Origin: Podarcis pityusensis
Lineage: Eukaryota
Direction: 5' to 3' (one strand)
NCBI GenBank assembly: GCA_964106645.2
Contig: OZ067045.1
Length of the DNA stretch: 64,000 nucleotides
Shown: in pieces, positions 36,071-48,310 of the stretch
Layout of the letters: each line of letters starts with the position of its first letter
Numbering within the stretch: position 1 is the stretch's first letter
Made by a program: the position numbers and the translations under genes
Notes under the pieces: model-generated
The model's input: only the letters and a program-made list of their open reading frames with translations
What the model was told of the DNA's origin: nothing
Database searches by the model: none

Positions 36071-36857
36071 GACTGCAGCCTAAGTTATGGAAACTCTATT
36101 GACCAAAATCCTCTGCTGGTCTTGAAAAGAAGCTGTTCCGCCAGCCTCTGTGCGTTTAGCTCGGCCTCCTCTGAGCCTTTGAATCCTAACCTTTTAAACC
36201 AGCTCTCCCAACAATAAGGTCGTCGGCTCTCATTTTAACTTCCCACTTGCTTCGCAACAAGACAAGTCACTTTCCTGTTAGCGTTACCAGCGCTGCGTCG
36301 AAATCACAGCTTGTGCCTGCACTACTGGGTTGAAACGTGGCTCACCGGCGCACCATGAACTTTCCAAATCCTTCTCCTGGTTACTGTTTATGCCTGCAAC
36401 TGAGGCAAAAACAGCTTAGGAAAATCAATAGCTTTAAATTATAACCTTTATGTCCCGACTATACAAAAGCCACCTTCAAAAGGAGAAGCCTTTTTTTTTT
36501 TTTTTTTGGTTCCCATTATGTAAAAAAAAAAAAAAATCAATCTTACTGATGCTACTGTTCCTTAAGCTATTTATTTCTTAATGTAAAGCTTCTCTCTCCC
36601 TCCTTCTCTCTCTCTCCCACCATACGACTCTCCTACCCTCTTTGCATCTGGTCGCTTTGTGAAGTATTTCTTCAGATTTCCTGCTCAAGAGACGAGTTTT
36701 ATCTAAAAGGTCAATTCATTCAGTGGGGCACCAAGCAGAATTGAATATAATTATCCCAATCTTTACTCTGTAGAATTCATGCTTGAATTCATTCAAAAAA
36801 CAGAAAGAAGTATAATTAACTCCAAGCCCAACCAAATCTATTGAGAATGCCTCAGGT

Positions 36858-37005
36858 NNNNNNNNNNNNNNNNNNNNNNNNNNNNNNNNNNNNNNNNNNN
36901 NNNNNNNNNNNNNNNNNNNNNNNNNNNNNNNNNNNNNNNNNNNNNNNNNNNNNNNNNNNNNNNNNNNNNNNNNNNNNNNNNNNNNNNNNNNNNNNNNNNN
37001 NNNNN
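36858..37005. other. Assembly gap (148 N)
   Basis: Run of n characters. Confidence 1.
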
Positions 37006-37884
37006 TCTTTTTTCATTAATCTAACTCTCATTAAAGCAGGAGCCTGTAGGTTGTTTCAAATCCATTAGTTTTAAATACAGATGATTGCAATTCGGCGTGG
37101 CATAAGACAACAGAAATGTCCGTCAGGGAAAATAGTGTGTACTTTAAAAAGGGGATTTGATGAGTTTGTGGCTTGCTGACTAGTTATAAAAATTAAACCG
37201 TCTGCTGGAGCAATGCCGGGACTTGTACAGTGCTAATCGGACACCTACACAAGCATCTGCTGATGGGTGAAGGGGGGAAATGGGAGCATTAATTTAGATG
37301 CTACAGCAGTAAACATGAAGTTGTGAATTTGAAAAAAAGTCCCGTGTAGTTCAGACATTCAGGTGAAGAGGCCCAATGTTTTAGGATTCCTTCGGAGAAC
37401 TTTCAAATTGCTTATGTCTAAACTGGTGTAGTAATGGCATGAGAAGCTCAATTGATGTTGCTTGTTCTACTTTGCTCCTGGAAAGAGAGCAGCCTTTTAA
37501 AAATCAGAATGAAAGTGAATAGTTGGGGTGGGGGCTATAGGAACGAGTTTGAATTGAGATGTCAAACTGGCACTGGGTGGCATGAAAGCTTTATGTGACG
37601 ATAGATGGCTGTTCACACACGCAGGTCACCTCTTGATTGTATAATCAACACAAAATGAAGAGCTGCATGCGGATCTCACTTCTAAGTTGGTTCACTCACT
37701 AACAGGGTCCATTCCATGCTTTCACCTCCTACCCCCTGGTTATTATAGGTGCCAGGCAAAGAGCTAGAGAAGAGACCCAGGTGGAAGTCTGCATGCAGCC
37801 ATGACTATAATCCTGCAGCAGTGACATCCTGCAGAATGATGGCTTTATCTGAATGAATTTAGATGTGAGAAGACATTATATCAG

Positions 37885-37903
37885 GAAAGAAAGAGAAAGA
37901 AAG

Positions 37904-37966
<63 letters not shown>
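37885..37966. repeat. (GAAA)n microsatellite
   Basis: Directly visible. Confidence 0.95.
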
Positions 37967-38239
37967 CAAAGCACAATAAAGCTTTCCTATTTATTGGGTA
38001 ATAATATCTCCAACTTTGATAAATATTAATCCTTCTTTTCCAGATGCCACAATTTGTGCTTACCAGTCTGGCGTTTCATTACATTTCAGTAATTGCATGT
38101 GTTTGATTTTTTTATCTATAAAAGGCATCTTCAACCTTTTCAGACTCAGGACCCACTTCTAACCCAAACATGCATTTGGGGACCCATTTCTTAATCTTTT
38201 ACAATATACAGTATTTGCATGGTGGTAGAGCTCTTGTTA

Positions 38240-38574
38240 GGGGCGCGGGTGGCGCTGTGGGTTAAACCACAGAGCCTAGGACTTGCTGATCAAAAGGTCG
38301 GTGGTTCGAATCCCCCTGATGGGGTGAGTTCCCATTGCTCGGTCCCAGCTCCTGCCAACCTAGCAGTTCGAAAGCACGTCAAAGTGCCAGTAGATAAATA
38401 GGTACTGCTCTGGCGGAAAGGTAAACGGCGTTTCCGTGCATTGCTCTGGTTCGTCATGCTGGCCAAATGACCTGGAAGCTGTACGCTGGCTCCCTCGGCC
38501 AATAAAGCAAGATGAGCGCCGCAACCCCAGAGTCGGCTACGACTGCACCTAATGGTCAGGGGTCCCTTTACCTT
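38240..38574 (+). mobile_element. Sauria SINE, full length
   Basis: GGCGCGGGTGGCGCTGTGGGTTAAACC..GGTTCGAATCCC..GGTCCCTTTACCTT; 13-bp TSD TAGAGCTCTTGTT/TAGGGCTCTTGTT. Confidence 0.95.
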
Positions 38575-39229
38575 TAGGGCTCTTGTTGCAACTCACCTTG
38601 GATCAGGCCATGGCCCAGTGGTAGGTCTCTACACACCAGTTTAAGACCATAAGAAATTCTTTTGTTACTAAATTAAATCCTAAGACTGGTTCACATGTGA
38701 ATATTCACCACCTGATAGGGGTTTCTAGTTCTGGCACATGTGAACGTGCCACCACAGCCACAGGGAAGACATTTGTTTCAACCAGTGTCAACAACTTTGA
38801 GGGTTGTAGTTGTTTTTAACAATCAAGTGGTGTATACATTTTATGAAATAATAAATAAATAACTGAAACACCGTACTTTCTGATTGAGTCCATTCACACA
38901 TTCAGCAGAGAGTTGCTCAGTGTTGGTTAATCAACAACTCCCAGCACCCTTAACAAACTGCAGCTCCCAGAATTCTTTGGGGGAAGGCACAACTGCTTAA
39001 ATTGGTCTCATTCTGCTTTAAATGTATGATGTGTATGTGGCCAGTATTGTGTGTGTTAAAGTATGAGCTATTTAAACATATATACACATTTATATATAAT
39101 ATATATATATATTATAATATATATATATATATATATTTGTATATTCCATATATATATACACACTTGTTTATAATTTAGCATCTTTATGCTCCCCCCCCCC
39201 CTATTATATGTCATCCAGGATCGTATAAG

Positions 39230-39410
39230 GTTTTACTGTCATTCACCCCCCCCCCCTTCCAGTAAGCTATAAAGAGGTTCAATAAAGTCTGGTGTGGCTT
39301 ACCCTGTTGATGTTAGTCAATTTCACCATTTGTGCCATGTCCCAGATCTTTATCAGCCAGTCTTCCAATTTAGATATCTCTTTGTGACAAGACTTGCATC
39401 CCTTGTGTGA
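39230..39410 (-). mobile_element. Old L1-like LINE ORF2 C-terminal remnant
   Basis: Minus-strand peptide LEDWLIKIWDMAQMVKLT resembles the lizard L1 ORF2 end (compare 46828). Confidence 0.5.
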
Positions 39411-39429
39411 GCTTCCAGGCCGAGATTGG

Positions 39430-39612
39430 ATGCTACTATTGGTCCATCTAGCCTGTGTGGTCTCCTCTGATTGGTGGTCATACTCTAGGTCATCTGATGG
39501 AATTCCTTCCCAGACCTACTGCCTTTGATCTTTATAACAGAGAATGCCAGAGACTGAACTGGGAACCTTTCTGCATGCTAAGTGTGCCCCTGATGACTGA
39601 GCTACAGCCCCT
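39430..39612 (-). mobile_element. Degenerate tRNA-Ala-derived SINE
   Basis: ATTGGTCCATCTAG ... ACTGAACTGGGA.CCTT.CTGCATGC..ACTGAGCTAC. Confidence 0.6.
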
Positions 39613-39689
39613 TTGGGCTACAGTCCCTCCACTGTCAACTCTTCATTTGCTCTCCTACAGCCTCTAAGTTCACTTTCCTTTTCAAACCC

Positions 39690-40050
39690 TTAACCTTCTG
39701 TCCTTGGGAAGACTTAATCCTGCCCCCTCAATCGTGTTAGTTGCTCCATCATATCTGAAATCATTGGGCACTTTCTCCCCAGTCATCGGTTCATGTAATC
39801 TACTGCCTGGGACCACAATGGGCCATAAATCAAATTGTCTATGACCCTCTGGTGACATATTACAACTTGCCCCGTCATCCAGCAGACCGCCGGAGAGGTG
39901 ACCGTCTGAAATCTGGAGCCAGGCTAAATTATCCTGACAACAAGGGAGCTGTATTTTACACAAGGGAGGTGGAGGGAGTTTATGACTGTGGGGTGCATGA
40001 AGAAGATGGGCATGTTCCAACCCCTGAATCCATTGCCTCTTCATAAACTT
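39690..40050 (-). mobile_element. Possible decayed LTR-retrotransposon aspartic protease fragment
   Basis: Minus-strand GLLDDGASCNM resembles the retropepsin LLD(S/T)GA motif; the rest is poorly conserved. Confidence 0.3.
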
Positions 40051-40599
40051 TTCAGTTGTGTTTTGGTTCCTGCTAGCCTAGCCACTTAGAGGATTTATGG
40101 ATTTGGGGACACTAGCAGACTGTAAGCCGTTTGTCTTGCCCCATAAATCTTTCTCTATATCTAGATTCCATCTGACCTTCTGAAGAGGAGCTGTAGCCTT
40201 TGTAGATGAAAACTATACATCTCTGCACAAAGCTCAGATGCATAAGCAGGGCTGCAATCTCCTCCACACACACGAAACCCACAACCACAGAAAGGAATGA
40301 AGATCCATTGGACTGGGACTGCCTGTCAAGTCGAGCTGGGCATAGGGAGCTTTAACACACATCCTCGGGCCCATCTTAGTCCACCATTCTGTTTCCCTGC
40401 ATGGCCATACTGGATACTTTGGGGGAGCCTCCAAGATGGGCTCATAGGGCTGGTGCCAGGAGTAGGCATCTGTGGGCATCTGCCAGGGTCCACACATAAC
40501 CTGTGAAATGTTCAAGCTTTCTACAGGTTATGAAAAAGATGGCCATGGGCCTCTTCTTTAACATTATTTGAAAACTGGGGCATTGTTAACACATCCAAC

Positions 40600-40730
40600 T
40601 CAGTACTGTCAACACTGCCTGGCAGCAGCTATTCAGGTTTTCAGAAAAAGGGTAAAGATACCTGGAGATGCCAGGGGTCAAACCTGGGACCCTGAGCATA
40701 CAAAACAGATGCTCTACCACTGAGCTATAG
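40600..40730 (-). mobile_element. tRNA-Ala-derived SINE
   Basis: CCTGGAGATGCCAGGG..AACCTGGGACC..CAGATGCTCTACCACTGAGCTAT. Confidence 0.75.
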
Positions 40731-40829
40731 CATATTTGAAGATACAAAGCTTTATCATCAGTATAGTATTTATAGCTTGATTCACAACATGCACAGATTT
40801 TAGTGGGTGGACTGCCTGAGGATTGTAAC

Positions 40830-41408
40830 TGTGGGAATTTTCAGGGATACAGGAGAGGATATATTGTTTGATTGTATCCTTTCCAACTTGTGTTAAGAAG
40901 TTCTACAATTTAGCAGAGTAACATTCCCCTTTTTAAACCTGCACAGCAGATGTGTTTGCTCAGGCTCGCTAAAGCCTCTAAAATAAGTTACCTTGGTAAT
41001 TTCCCCTTTAGTCCCTCATAAAAAGGTAGACACAACAGTCTTCTATAAAAGTATAAAAAGAGTTTACTCACACATTCTGTTCACAAATGGATCCCAGAAG
41101 GCAGACTTAAGTTACAAAAGTAATATACACCTGGAAACTATCCCATAAGGAGATAGCTCCTTTATCCTCCAAGCCAAGAGAGCATCTTAGGCTAAGCAGA
41201 TGTTGCTTCTTCAATGAATGTAGTCAGAGAGAGAGAAATGGTGACCAGTCCTATGCTTTTGTTACCCACACACCTCTGGTCACATGTAGAGGAAGTCTGT
41301 CCCAGCCTAGGAGGAAACAGGAAGTTCTGACTGGCTGGTCCAGACATCCCCTTTTTATGTCCACTCTAGGGATGTTGTACTTGACTGCTCTGTGTTTCTC
41401 ATCCCACA
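40830..41408 (-). mobile_element. Solo LTR (579 bp)
   Basis: TGTGGGA...TCCCACA inverted termini (TG..CA); 5-bp TSD GTAAC/GTAAG; AGTAAA poly(A)-like signal on the minus strand near 41063-41068; no PBS next to it. Confidence 0.8.
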
Positions 41409-41479
41409 GTAAGACTGAATTTAGGAAATTGCCTAGAACTGATTTAGACCATTGGTTCCTTTGCTGTTTACACTAATGG

Positions 41480-42085
41480 GAGGGTTTCAGACAGTCTTTC
41501 CCAGCCCTACCTGGAGATGGCAGAGACTGAACCTGGGACATTAGGAATATCAGAAGGTGCCATAGACTCAGTCAGATAATTGATCCATACAGAGCAGTAT
41601 TGCCTATTGACTAGCCACAGATCTCAAAGTCTTTTCTGGCCCTACTGAGAGCAAAGGCAGATTTAGGGGAGCATGACGGGTTCACCCTCACTGGGCACTG
41701 AGCCAACAGGGCACCGCAGGGGCCACCCCAACTATGATGCAGAACGGAAGGTGAGAAGCGGTATGTGTGTGTGTGCATGCTGAATTTTGGCTTCTCACAG
41801 GGCGCCACTGAAATTTGAAAACACAATGCCTGCCACTGCTGGGAGATGCCAGGGAATGAACCTGGGACCTTCTGAATGAAAATCAATTGCTCTGCTACTG
41901 AGCTATCACACCTTCCTTCTTTTTACATTTTGCCACCAGGGCAGCAGAGTCCACTGCAAAGTGCAGTGCTTGTGAGACCCTGGCTACCCACCATCTCTGC
42001 AACTTGAACAGCACAGGCACGTTTCATGGAAATTTGTGTCCTGGGCTCTGGGTACAGTCCTTTGTGTGCCTAGCATATGCCCCTG
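41480..42085. mobile_element. Cluster of tRNA-Ala SINE fragments (41480-41600, 41835-41910) and a GC-rich DNA-transposon remnant
   Basis: CCCTACCTGGAGATG..AACCTGGGAC motifs; GGCAGATTTAGGGG..GCCCCTG. Confidence 0.5.
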
Positions 42086-42801
42086 TTTAGAGAGCAGGCC
42101 AGCAAATGTTAACATGATTGCCCAGTTTCCAGTATGCTGTTTTGCCAACGCTCGATTGATTTAACCTAATAAGAATGGATAGAAGACATTATCCAGACAG
42201 AAGGGGCTGCAGAGACTAATAGCCCCCAGAAGGGACAGGTAAGCAGAATGGAAGCAGTTTATATAAAAAAGTTTGAAGATGCATTCATCTCCAATAACTT
42301 TATAGACTTTTATTTATTTATAAATTTATTTTTTTAAAAAAATGAGAGACCAGGGAAGAGCTAGTGCTTAGAAAGAAGAGGAAGAGGGCGGGGGAGAGAG
42401 AATTAAGCATCCTGAATAATTATGTCCCTCAGTTTTCTGCATTTCGTATGTATTGGGTCGATAAGTCATTTAGGCTGCAATCCACAACCTGCTTGTTCTG
42501 GAGCATTAATGTTAATAGGATTGCTCTGGAGTAAATGACTGCAGGCTTCATCCTGGTGTGCCATAGCAGGGAGGCACAAAAGTGGGATGCATGATCAAAT
42601 CAATATATACTCTCAAATTACAGACATACAGAACTCCCCACCCTCACCACACACACCCTTCTATATGTGGACTGAACTGAAACCTTGGCCAGGTTCTGTG
42701 TACCTAACACAATGACAGTAATACTGCCAACTTCTGATTCAAAAGCAAACCAAAACCAGAAGGTGGAGGCATGCCAGAACTTGGTGGATTAAGGGTTAGG
42801 G

Positions 42802-43164
42802 CAGTAGTTCCCATAGTGGGTGGTAGCGCCCCCTGGGGGACAGTGGGATTATCTAGTAGGGCCTTAAAGCGCAAGAGAGTGGCAAGGGGGCAGAGGAGGT
42901 GTAAATGACCATCAGAAATTGAAAAGCTGATATTCCTGGATCAAGTTCATCCATTTTGTTTAATTAATTCAACTTAGGAGTTTTAACAGGAGTTTGAATA
43001 AATGTGAAATTAATGGTCACTGTTTTGAATTTTACTGTGTTATTAACTTCCTTAGCGGGCCATGCAAACCACTGTTCTGAATAATGCTTTTTATAGGGTA
43101 GGCAGCACTGGAGATGAGTTTATGAAACCAAGAAGGCAGGCCCCAAAAAGTATGGGAACCACTG
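42802..43164. mobile_element. hAT-type non-autonomous element (363 bp)
   Basis: TIR CAGTAGTTCCCATA/TATGGGAACCACTG; 8-bp TSD GGTTAGGG/GGATAGGG. Confidence 0.88.
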
Positions 43165-44438
43165 GGATAGGGTGTGGGAATCTTTCACCCAGTTTCAAAG
43201 TTCATCCTCCCAAACTGGGAGCAGTTTGCAGGATCATGCCGATGGAAGATCTTCTAATGCCTGCCCTGCTAGTGCTGGGTGAGCACTGTTGCAATATTCT
43301 TCATCAATGGCCATCCAGCCTTTGTTTGAAAACTCTTAGCCAAGGGTAGGGAACCCTTTTCATCTGGACAGTCACATTCCCTTCTTGGCAGGCTCCGAAG
43401 GGCTGCATGTCAGTGGTGGGCGGAGCCTTCCCACCAGCAAACCAGCAAGAATGCTCAAGAAACAGGCCAACATCACGTGAAAATAAATACATGTCCACCA
43501 CAATCTGGTCTATTTTCGCCCTTTGATATGCATTGGACTTTTTTTTTTTTTCCTTTAGAAAGGAAGTCCCACTTTTTAAAACAAAGTTTTTTATTTGCTG
43601 GGTTGTGGGTGGTTTTTTTTAAGAATATCCAAAAGGAAATGACTTACAGGCCTCGAATTTGAGACTTCGCTGTCTTATTCCAGTGCATTTCTAAGCTAAT
43701 AGGAGAAGACAGAAGAGTTCTCCCTATTGATGTGTGGCCTTTTCTGAATGAAGGAGGTTTTCATTAGCAAAGTAGCAGAAGGGATCGTTTTTCCCTGAGC
43801 GGCCATGGTGTGCCATTAGCACAATGTGTTATTATTAGCGGTGCCACAGAAAATCGCAATTAGTCCAACCGCTTGTCTGTCTGTCCGCCAGTCTGACCAT
43901 CAAATCTAGCATGCTCATCATTCCTGCATGGACAACAAGCCCTGATTTCGATACAATGACCATTTAACATGATCGTAATTAAAGTGGAGATTTATTGTGA
44001 GTCCGTTTCTCTTTTCTGCCCACTGAGCATTCTGTCTGGTTGGCACAAGGGACCATTCAGATGCCAACTTTGTAGCTCAGGTGTTGCTTACTGGAACCCT
44101 ACAGGAGGAACCCAGGGCTCTGCTGTTGGACTCCATCTCTTGTTAGCTTTATGGCCAGTAGTTGAATTGAGAATCACAGACACTCCACCTCTGCTGTAGC
44201 CCTTTTGCGTCCTGAAGGTAATAAAAACATCCTCTATTGGGGTTTATTTCATGCATTTAAAAGACATATACCACTTCTTCAGACAATCATTTCACAAAAT
44301 GGTGCACATCTTCAGATCTTCAGAATTATTGGAGAGTCTATAGTTGCTTCTTTGCCAAAGGAAACAAATGATTCAAACTTTGGATCTGAAACCATGCAAC
44401 ATACAAACTTATGAAGATAGAAAGGATAGTATCATCAG

Positions 44439-44583
44439 CAGTGCTTTTTTCTGGGGGGACGCAAGGGGATGCATACCCCTAAACATTCTGTGTATCTAAG
44501 TTTGGCCTCATTGAGGGGCACTATTTCAATTTGAGTAGGAAAATGAGAGTACCCCTAAATTTTTTTTCCTGAAAAAAGCACTG
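44439..44583 (+). mobile_element. hAT-type MITE (CAGTGCTTTT family)
   Basis: TIR CAGTGCTTTTTT/AAAAAAGCACTG; 8-bp TSD ATCATCAG/GTCATCAG. Confidence 0.9.
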
Positions 44584-44649
44584 GTCATCAGTATGCTGAT
44601 GGCACTCAGCTCTCCATTAAACCGAAGTCAGGAGAGGCCTTGAAAAATC

Positions 44650-44855
44650 ATTAGGAATAACTTTCTGATGGTAAGAGCTGTTCAACAGTGAAACAGACCG
44701 CTTTGGAAGGCAATGGACTCTCCTTTTGGGAGGTTTCTAACCAGAGGTTTAATATCCATCTGTCAGGGATTCTTAGCTGTGATTTCTGCATTGCAGAGAG
44801 CTGGACTAGATGACCCTGGGGTCCCTTCCCATTATACAATTCTACGATTCTATGC
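44650..44855 (+). mobile_element. CR1 family A 3' end
   Basis: ATTAGGAA.AACTTTCTGA.GGTAAGAGCTGTT..GGACTAGATGACC..ATTCTACGATTCTATG. Confidence 0.87.
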
Positions 44856-44959
44856 TTCTGTGTTTTAACTGTTTTTGTATATGTGACTCTTTTATATGTG
44901 CTTGAATCTTCTTTCATACAGATTCCATGCTTTTGTCCAATAGTTTGCATCTCACATAA

Positions 44960-45412
44960 AGATCGGCAAATCAGTCTATTTCTTTGAGTTTCTCCACCTT
45001 CTCAAGTTCTCCATCTCTAGTTCTCTACATTTCTGTATCAATTAGAGGTTTATTTTTACTTTTAGACATCATGAAAATTCATCAGTTTCAGTGAAAATTT
45101 CTCCTAATAGACACGTTTGCAGGCAATTTTGCCCAATTCACTCATTTTTTCACATTCACATTCCCCTAATATAACAGTTTTGTACATTAATTTCATGCCC
45201 ATATACATTTTTATAACCACTTTGTATGTGCATTTTTAATTTTATTTTTGGGTACTCATTACTTGGCTGGAGAACTGCATTGGAAAACTGAGAAAAGTAA
45301 GGATACCAAAGGAGGACCCTATTTCGGTTCTCATAGTGCTTCGGAAAGTGAGAATTAGGGGGGGTTAGTCAACCTAAATGCAAACGTAAGAAAAATTCTC
45401 CCTTGTCCCTAG
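44960..45412 (-). mobile_element. TAGGGATG-family AT-rich repeat
   Basis: Reverse homolog of 8152; ends TCCCTA. Confidence 0.55.
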
Positions 45413-45514
45413 TCTCACACAAACTTATCCGTGGACAGATACACACACACACACACACACATGCAAATCCACAAATATATATTTTTATATAGCTTGCCAG
45501 AAGCCGAGGGGGTG

Positions 45515-45519
<5 letters not shown>

Positions 45520-45569
<50 letters not shown>
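45520..45569. repeat. (AG)n microsatellite
   Basis: Directly visible. Confidence 0.95.
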
Positions 45570-45573
<4 letters not shown>

Positions 45574-46589
45574 GTTTGACCTGTAATGGTTTGAGTCAAG
45601 CTTCTTTACTGTTTGGTCTCAGTGGAGTATTTTAGGAGCCGTTTTATATCCCAGGGCAGCTGCAAAGATGTTGCCTAGCTGGTCTGTGCTGTTGCATTGT
45701 ATGAACGCTCAAGCTAAGATGATTATTACTCCCTCACTCACACATAACGCTGCCACCCCCACACCCCCACCCCGCCGCCCTTAGCAAACTTGGCATCTCT
45801 ATACATCCCCTGTTGAAGAAAACATCAAGCTTTCATAACAGGAATGCTCTTGAGGACCAGAACGCAAATGATACATGGTATGCCAGGGATACATGAAACC
45901 ATGAAATAATAAATACAGAAATGGCTTGTTACCTTTTCTTTGGCTCGCACATCAACCTTATATTTTTACAAATGAAAGCCTGTTTAAACTAAAAATATGA
46001 CTGGCTACTGCCAAACCAATGCTGGGAAAGTGCCATCAAAAAGAAGGGGGGGGAGAGATCTTTTTTTAAAAAATAAGGTACCTCCCCACCTCAAAATGTG
46101 ATGTTTTAAATTTTTCCCCTCCCCCTTCTGTCCTCTGATATGCAGCACCACACCCCATTTCCACTGAAACGGTAGTTTTCAAAAAATTCTCCTTCCAGGG
46201 AATCGTTTCCACGTCAGCTTGCGGGTTGAGGGATCCCGCTGCATCTTGCCAGTGAAACCCTGTGCATCGCAGGGGCATTCTGGGAAATCAAGTGCTCACA
46301 GTGGGCTTGCGTCAGCTTTGCTGAACCTGGTGTTCTCAAGATGTTGAGCATTATGAATCCCATCAGCCGCAGGAAGCATGGACAATATTCAGGGGCAATG
46401 GAAACTGTAGTCCAAAAACATCTGGGGGGCCCCAGCTTCCACACTCCTGTGTTATCAGGACCCCAATCACTTTACAGAGAAAAATGCAGGCAGCTGTATG
46501 ATTCTTCTGTTCCACAAAGGATCACTCCTTGACTATTCTTATGAGTGTGTGCTATGCACAGGACTCTGCCTATAAGTTGTTTTACAACT

Positions 46590-46735
46590 CGTAAGGAGAG
46601 CCGGCTGGACCAGGCCAATGCCCCACCTTGTCCAGCATCCTGTTCTCACAGTGGCCAACCAGATGTCTGTGGGAAACCAGCAAGCGGGATTCAAGCAGAG
46701 GGGCCCTCTCCCTCCTGTGGTTTCCAGCTGTGGAG
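46590..46735 (-). mobile_element. CR1 family B 3'UTR
   Basis: GTCCAGCATCCTGTTCTCACAGTGGCCAACCAGATG.. Confidence 0.8.
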
Positions 46736-46827
46736 GCATTTCCATTGGACCATGCTTGGTCCTAATGTCTAGAGTAGGCTTTGCCAACCTCCATAAAGTT
46801 GTTGGACTAAAACTCCCATCATCCTTG

Positions 46828-47394
46828 GACTATATGGAACTGGCGGAAATGACTGGTAGAATCCGTGACCAGGGAGAAGAGTCGGTGGAGGAAGATTGGA
46901 AGAAATTCAAAGATTATCTACAGAAACACTGCAAAATTAAAGAATGTTAGAGTGATGTTGGATTGAAAATAAGTGGTTTCCAGCTGTACAAGATTTAAAG
47001 TTATAGATAGACTAAGATTAAAGATTAGGATTAAAGAAGTTTAAGGAAATGGAAATTTGGTACTTAAGAGGTAAAATTTTAATGCTATATTACATTAAGA
47101 TTAAAGATTGGGATTAAAAAAGTGGAAAAGAAATTGCTGGACAAACAATTTGGACTGGAATACAAAAGAAGGAGGTATGAGGAGGTCCAGAAAATAAGCA
47201 AATTTAAAAACGGAAATGAAAAGGTGATATTGTTTTTAATTGTTCTGTTTCTTTTTTTGTTTTTTGTTCTCTGTGTTTTTTCCCCCTCTTTTTTGGATTA
47301 TGTACTGTGTATTTGTGTATTTCTTTTTTATGTTTTTCTGTTTAACTTTTTACTGAAACCTTAATAAAAATCATTTTAAAAAATAAAAATAAAA
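46828..47394 (+). mobile_element. L1 LINE 3' end (ORF2 terminus, 3'UTR, A-rich tail), inserted in a hAT MITE
   Basis: Peptide YMELAEMTGRIRDQ..EEDWKKFKDYLQKHCKIKEC*; AATAAA and A-rich tail; perfect 20-bp TSD TAAAACTCCCATCATCCTTG (46808-46827, 47395-47414). Confidence 0.92.
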
Positions 47395-47926
47395 TAAAAC
47401 TCCCATCATCCTTGATCATTGGCCATTTTGGCTATGGCTTACATGAGTTGGATTCCAGCAACACTTGGAGGGCGCCATACATTTTCCACAAGCATCCCAA
47501 AAAAACCAGGACACCCCCTTTACCCCCACAAGAACATGGCCCAAGAGTTCATCCCAATATATCTCACAGCCCCACCCCATTCATGTTTTTGGGTGCCAGA
47601 ATATAGCCATCTTGGCTAGTAGCCAAGCCATCAATATCCTTCTCCTCCATGAATTTGTCTAGCCCCCCAAAACACCACAACTTTTTGGTCCCGATTGCCA
47701 TTTGTTCCCGTTCAGAGCTAAAGATTGGGTTTCCCCAGAGGAAAGCAGTGGGGCACAAGTAGGTGAGGATAAGCCCTCAGTCAGGTCCCATCTCTGTTGT
47801 ATTTTTGGTAGCCTTCTGCTGAAGACTTCCCCCTCTCAACAAGTCTTCTTAGTGGAGATTTGTATCTCAGTCAATATCTGCATATTATCAGTTTCAAATT
47901 GTCTTTACATATGTGGAACAGACTAC

Positions 47927-48060
47927 TTCAGAAGGTGATGGACTCAACTTCACTGAAGGTTTATAAACAGTTTGAATATCCATCTGTATCTGTGAATCCT
48001 GCATTGAAGGGGATGGATGAGATGACCTCTAGGGGTCCCTCCCAATTCTACCATCTCATG
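47927..48060 (+). mobile_element. Degenerate CR1 family A 3' end
   Basis: GAAGGTGATGGACTC..CCATCTG..TCCTGCATTG..GATGACCT..CCAATTCTAC. Confidence 0.7.
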
Positions 48061-48092
48061 GTGCTGTGATATGTTTTAACTGTTTTTATATA

Positions 48093-48310
48093 CAGTGGTA
48101 CCTCTAGTTACGGACTTGATCCATTCCGGGGTGCCGTTCGCATCCCGAAAAATCTGTAACTAGAGTGCGGCTTCTGCACATGTGCGAAGTGTGCAGAATG
48201 CTTCTGTGCATGCATGAGCAGCGAAACCCAAAAGTATACACTTCAGGGTTTGCCGCGTTCGCAAACCGAAAAGACGCAACATGAACCTAACGCAACACAA
48301 GGTAGGACTG
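48093..48310. mobile_element. Tigger-like MITE (second subfamily)
   Basis: TA followed by a CAGTGGTACCTC left TIR; degenerate right end AGGTAGGACTG. Confidence 0.7.

Noticed and set aside
39690-41408. Intact provirus formed by the LTR plus the adjacent protease-like segment
   Set aside because: The LTR has a TSD on both sides and no primer-binding site; no second LTR or pol ORF
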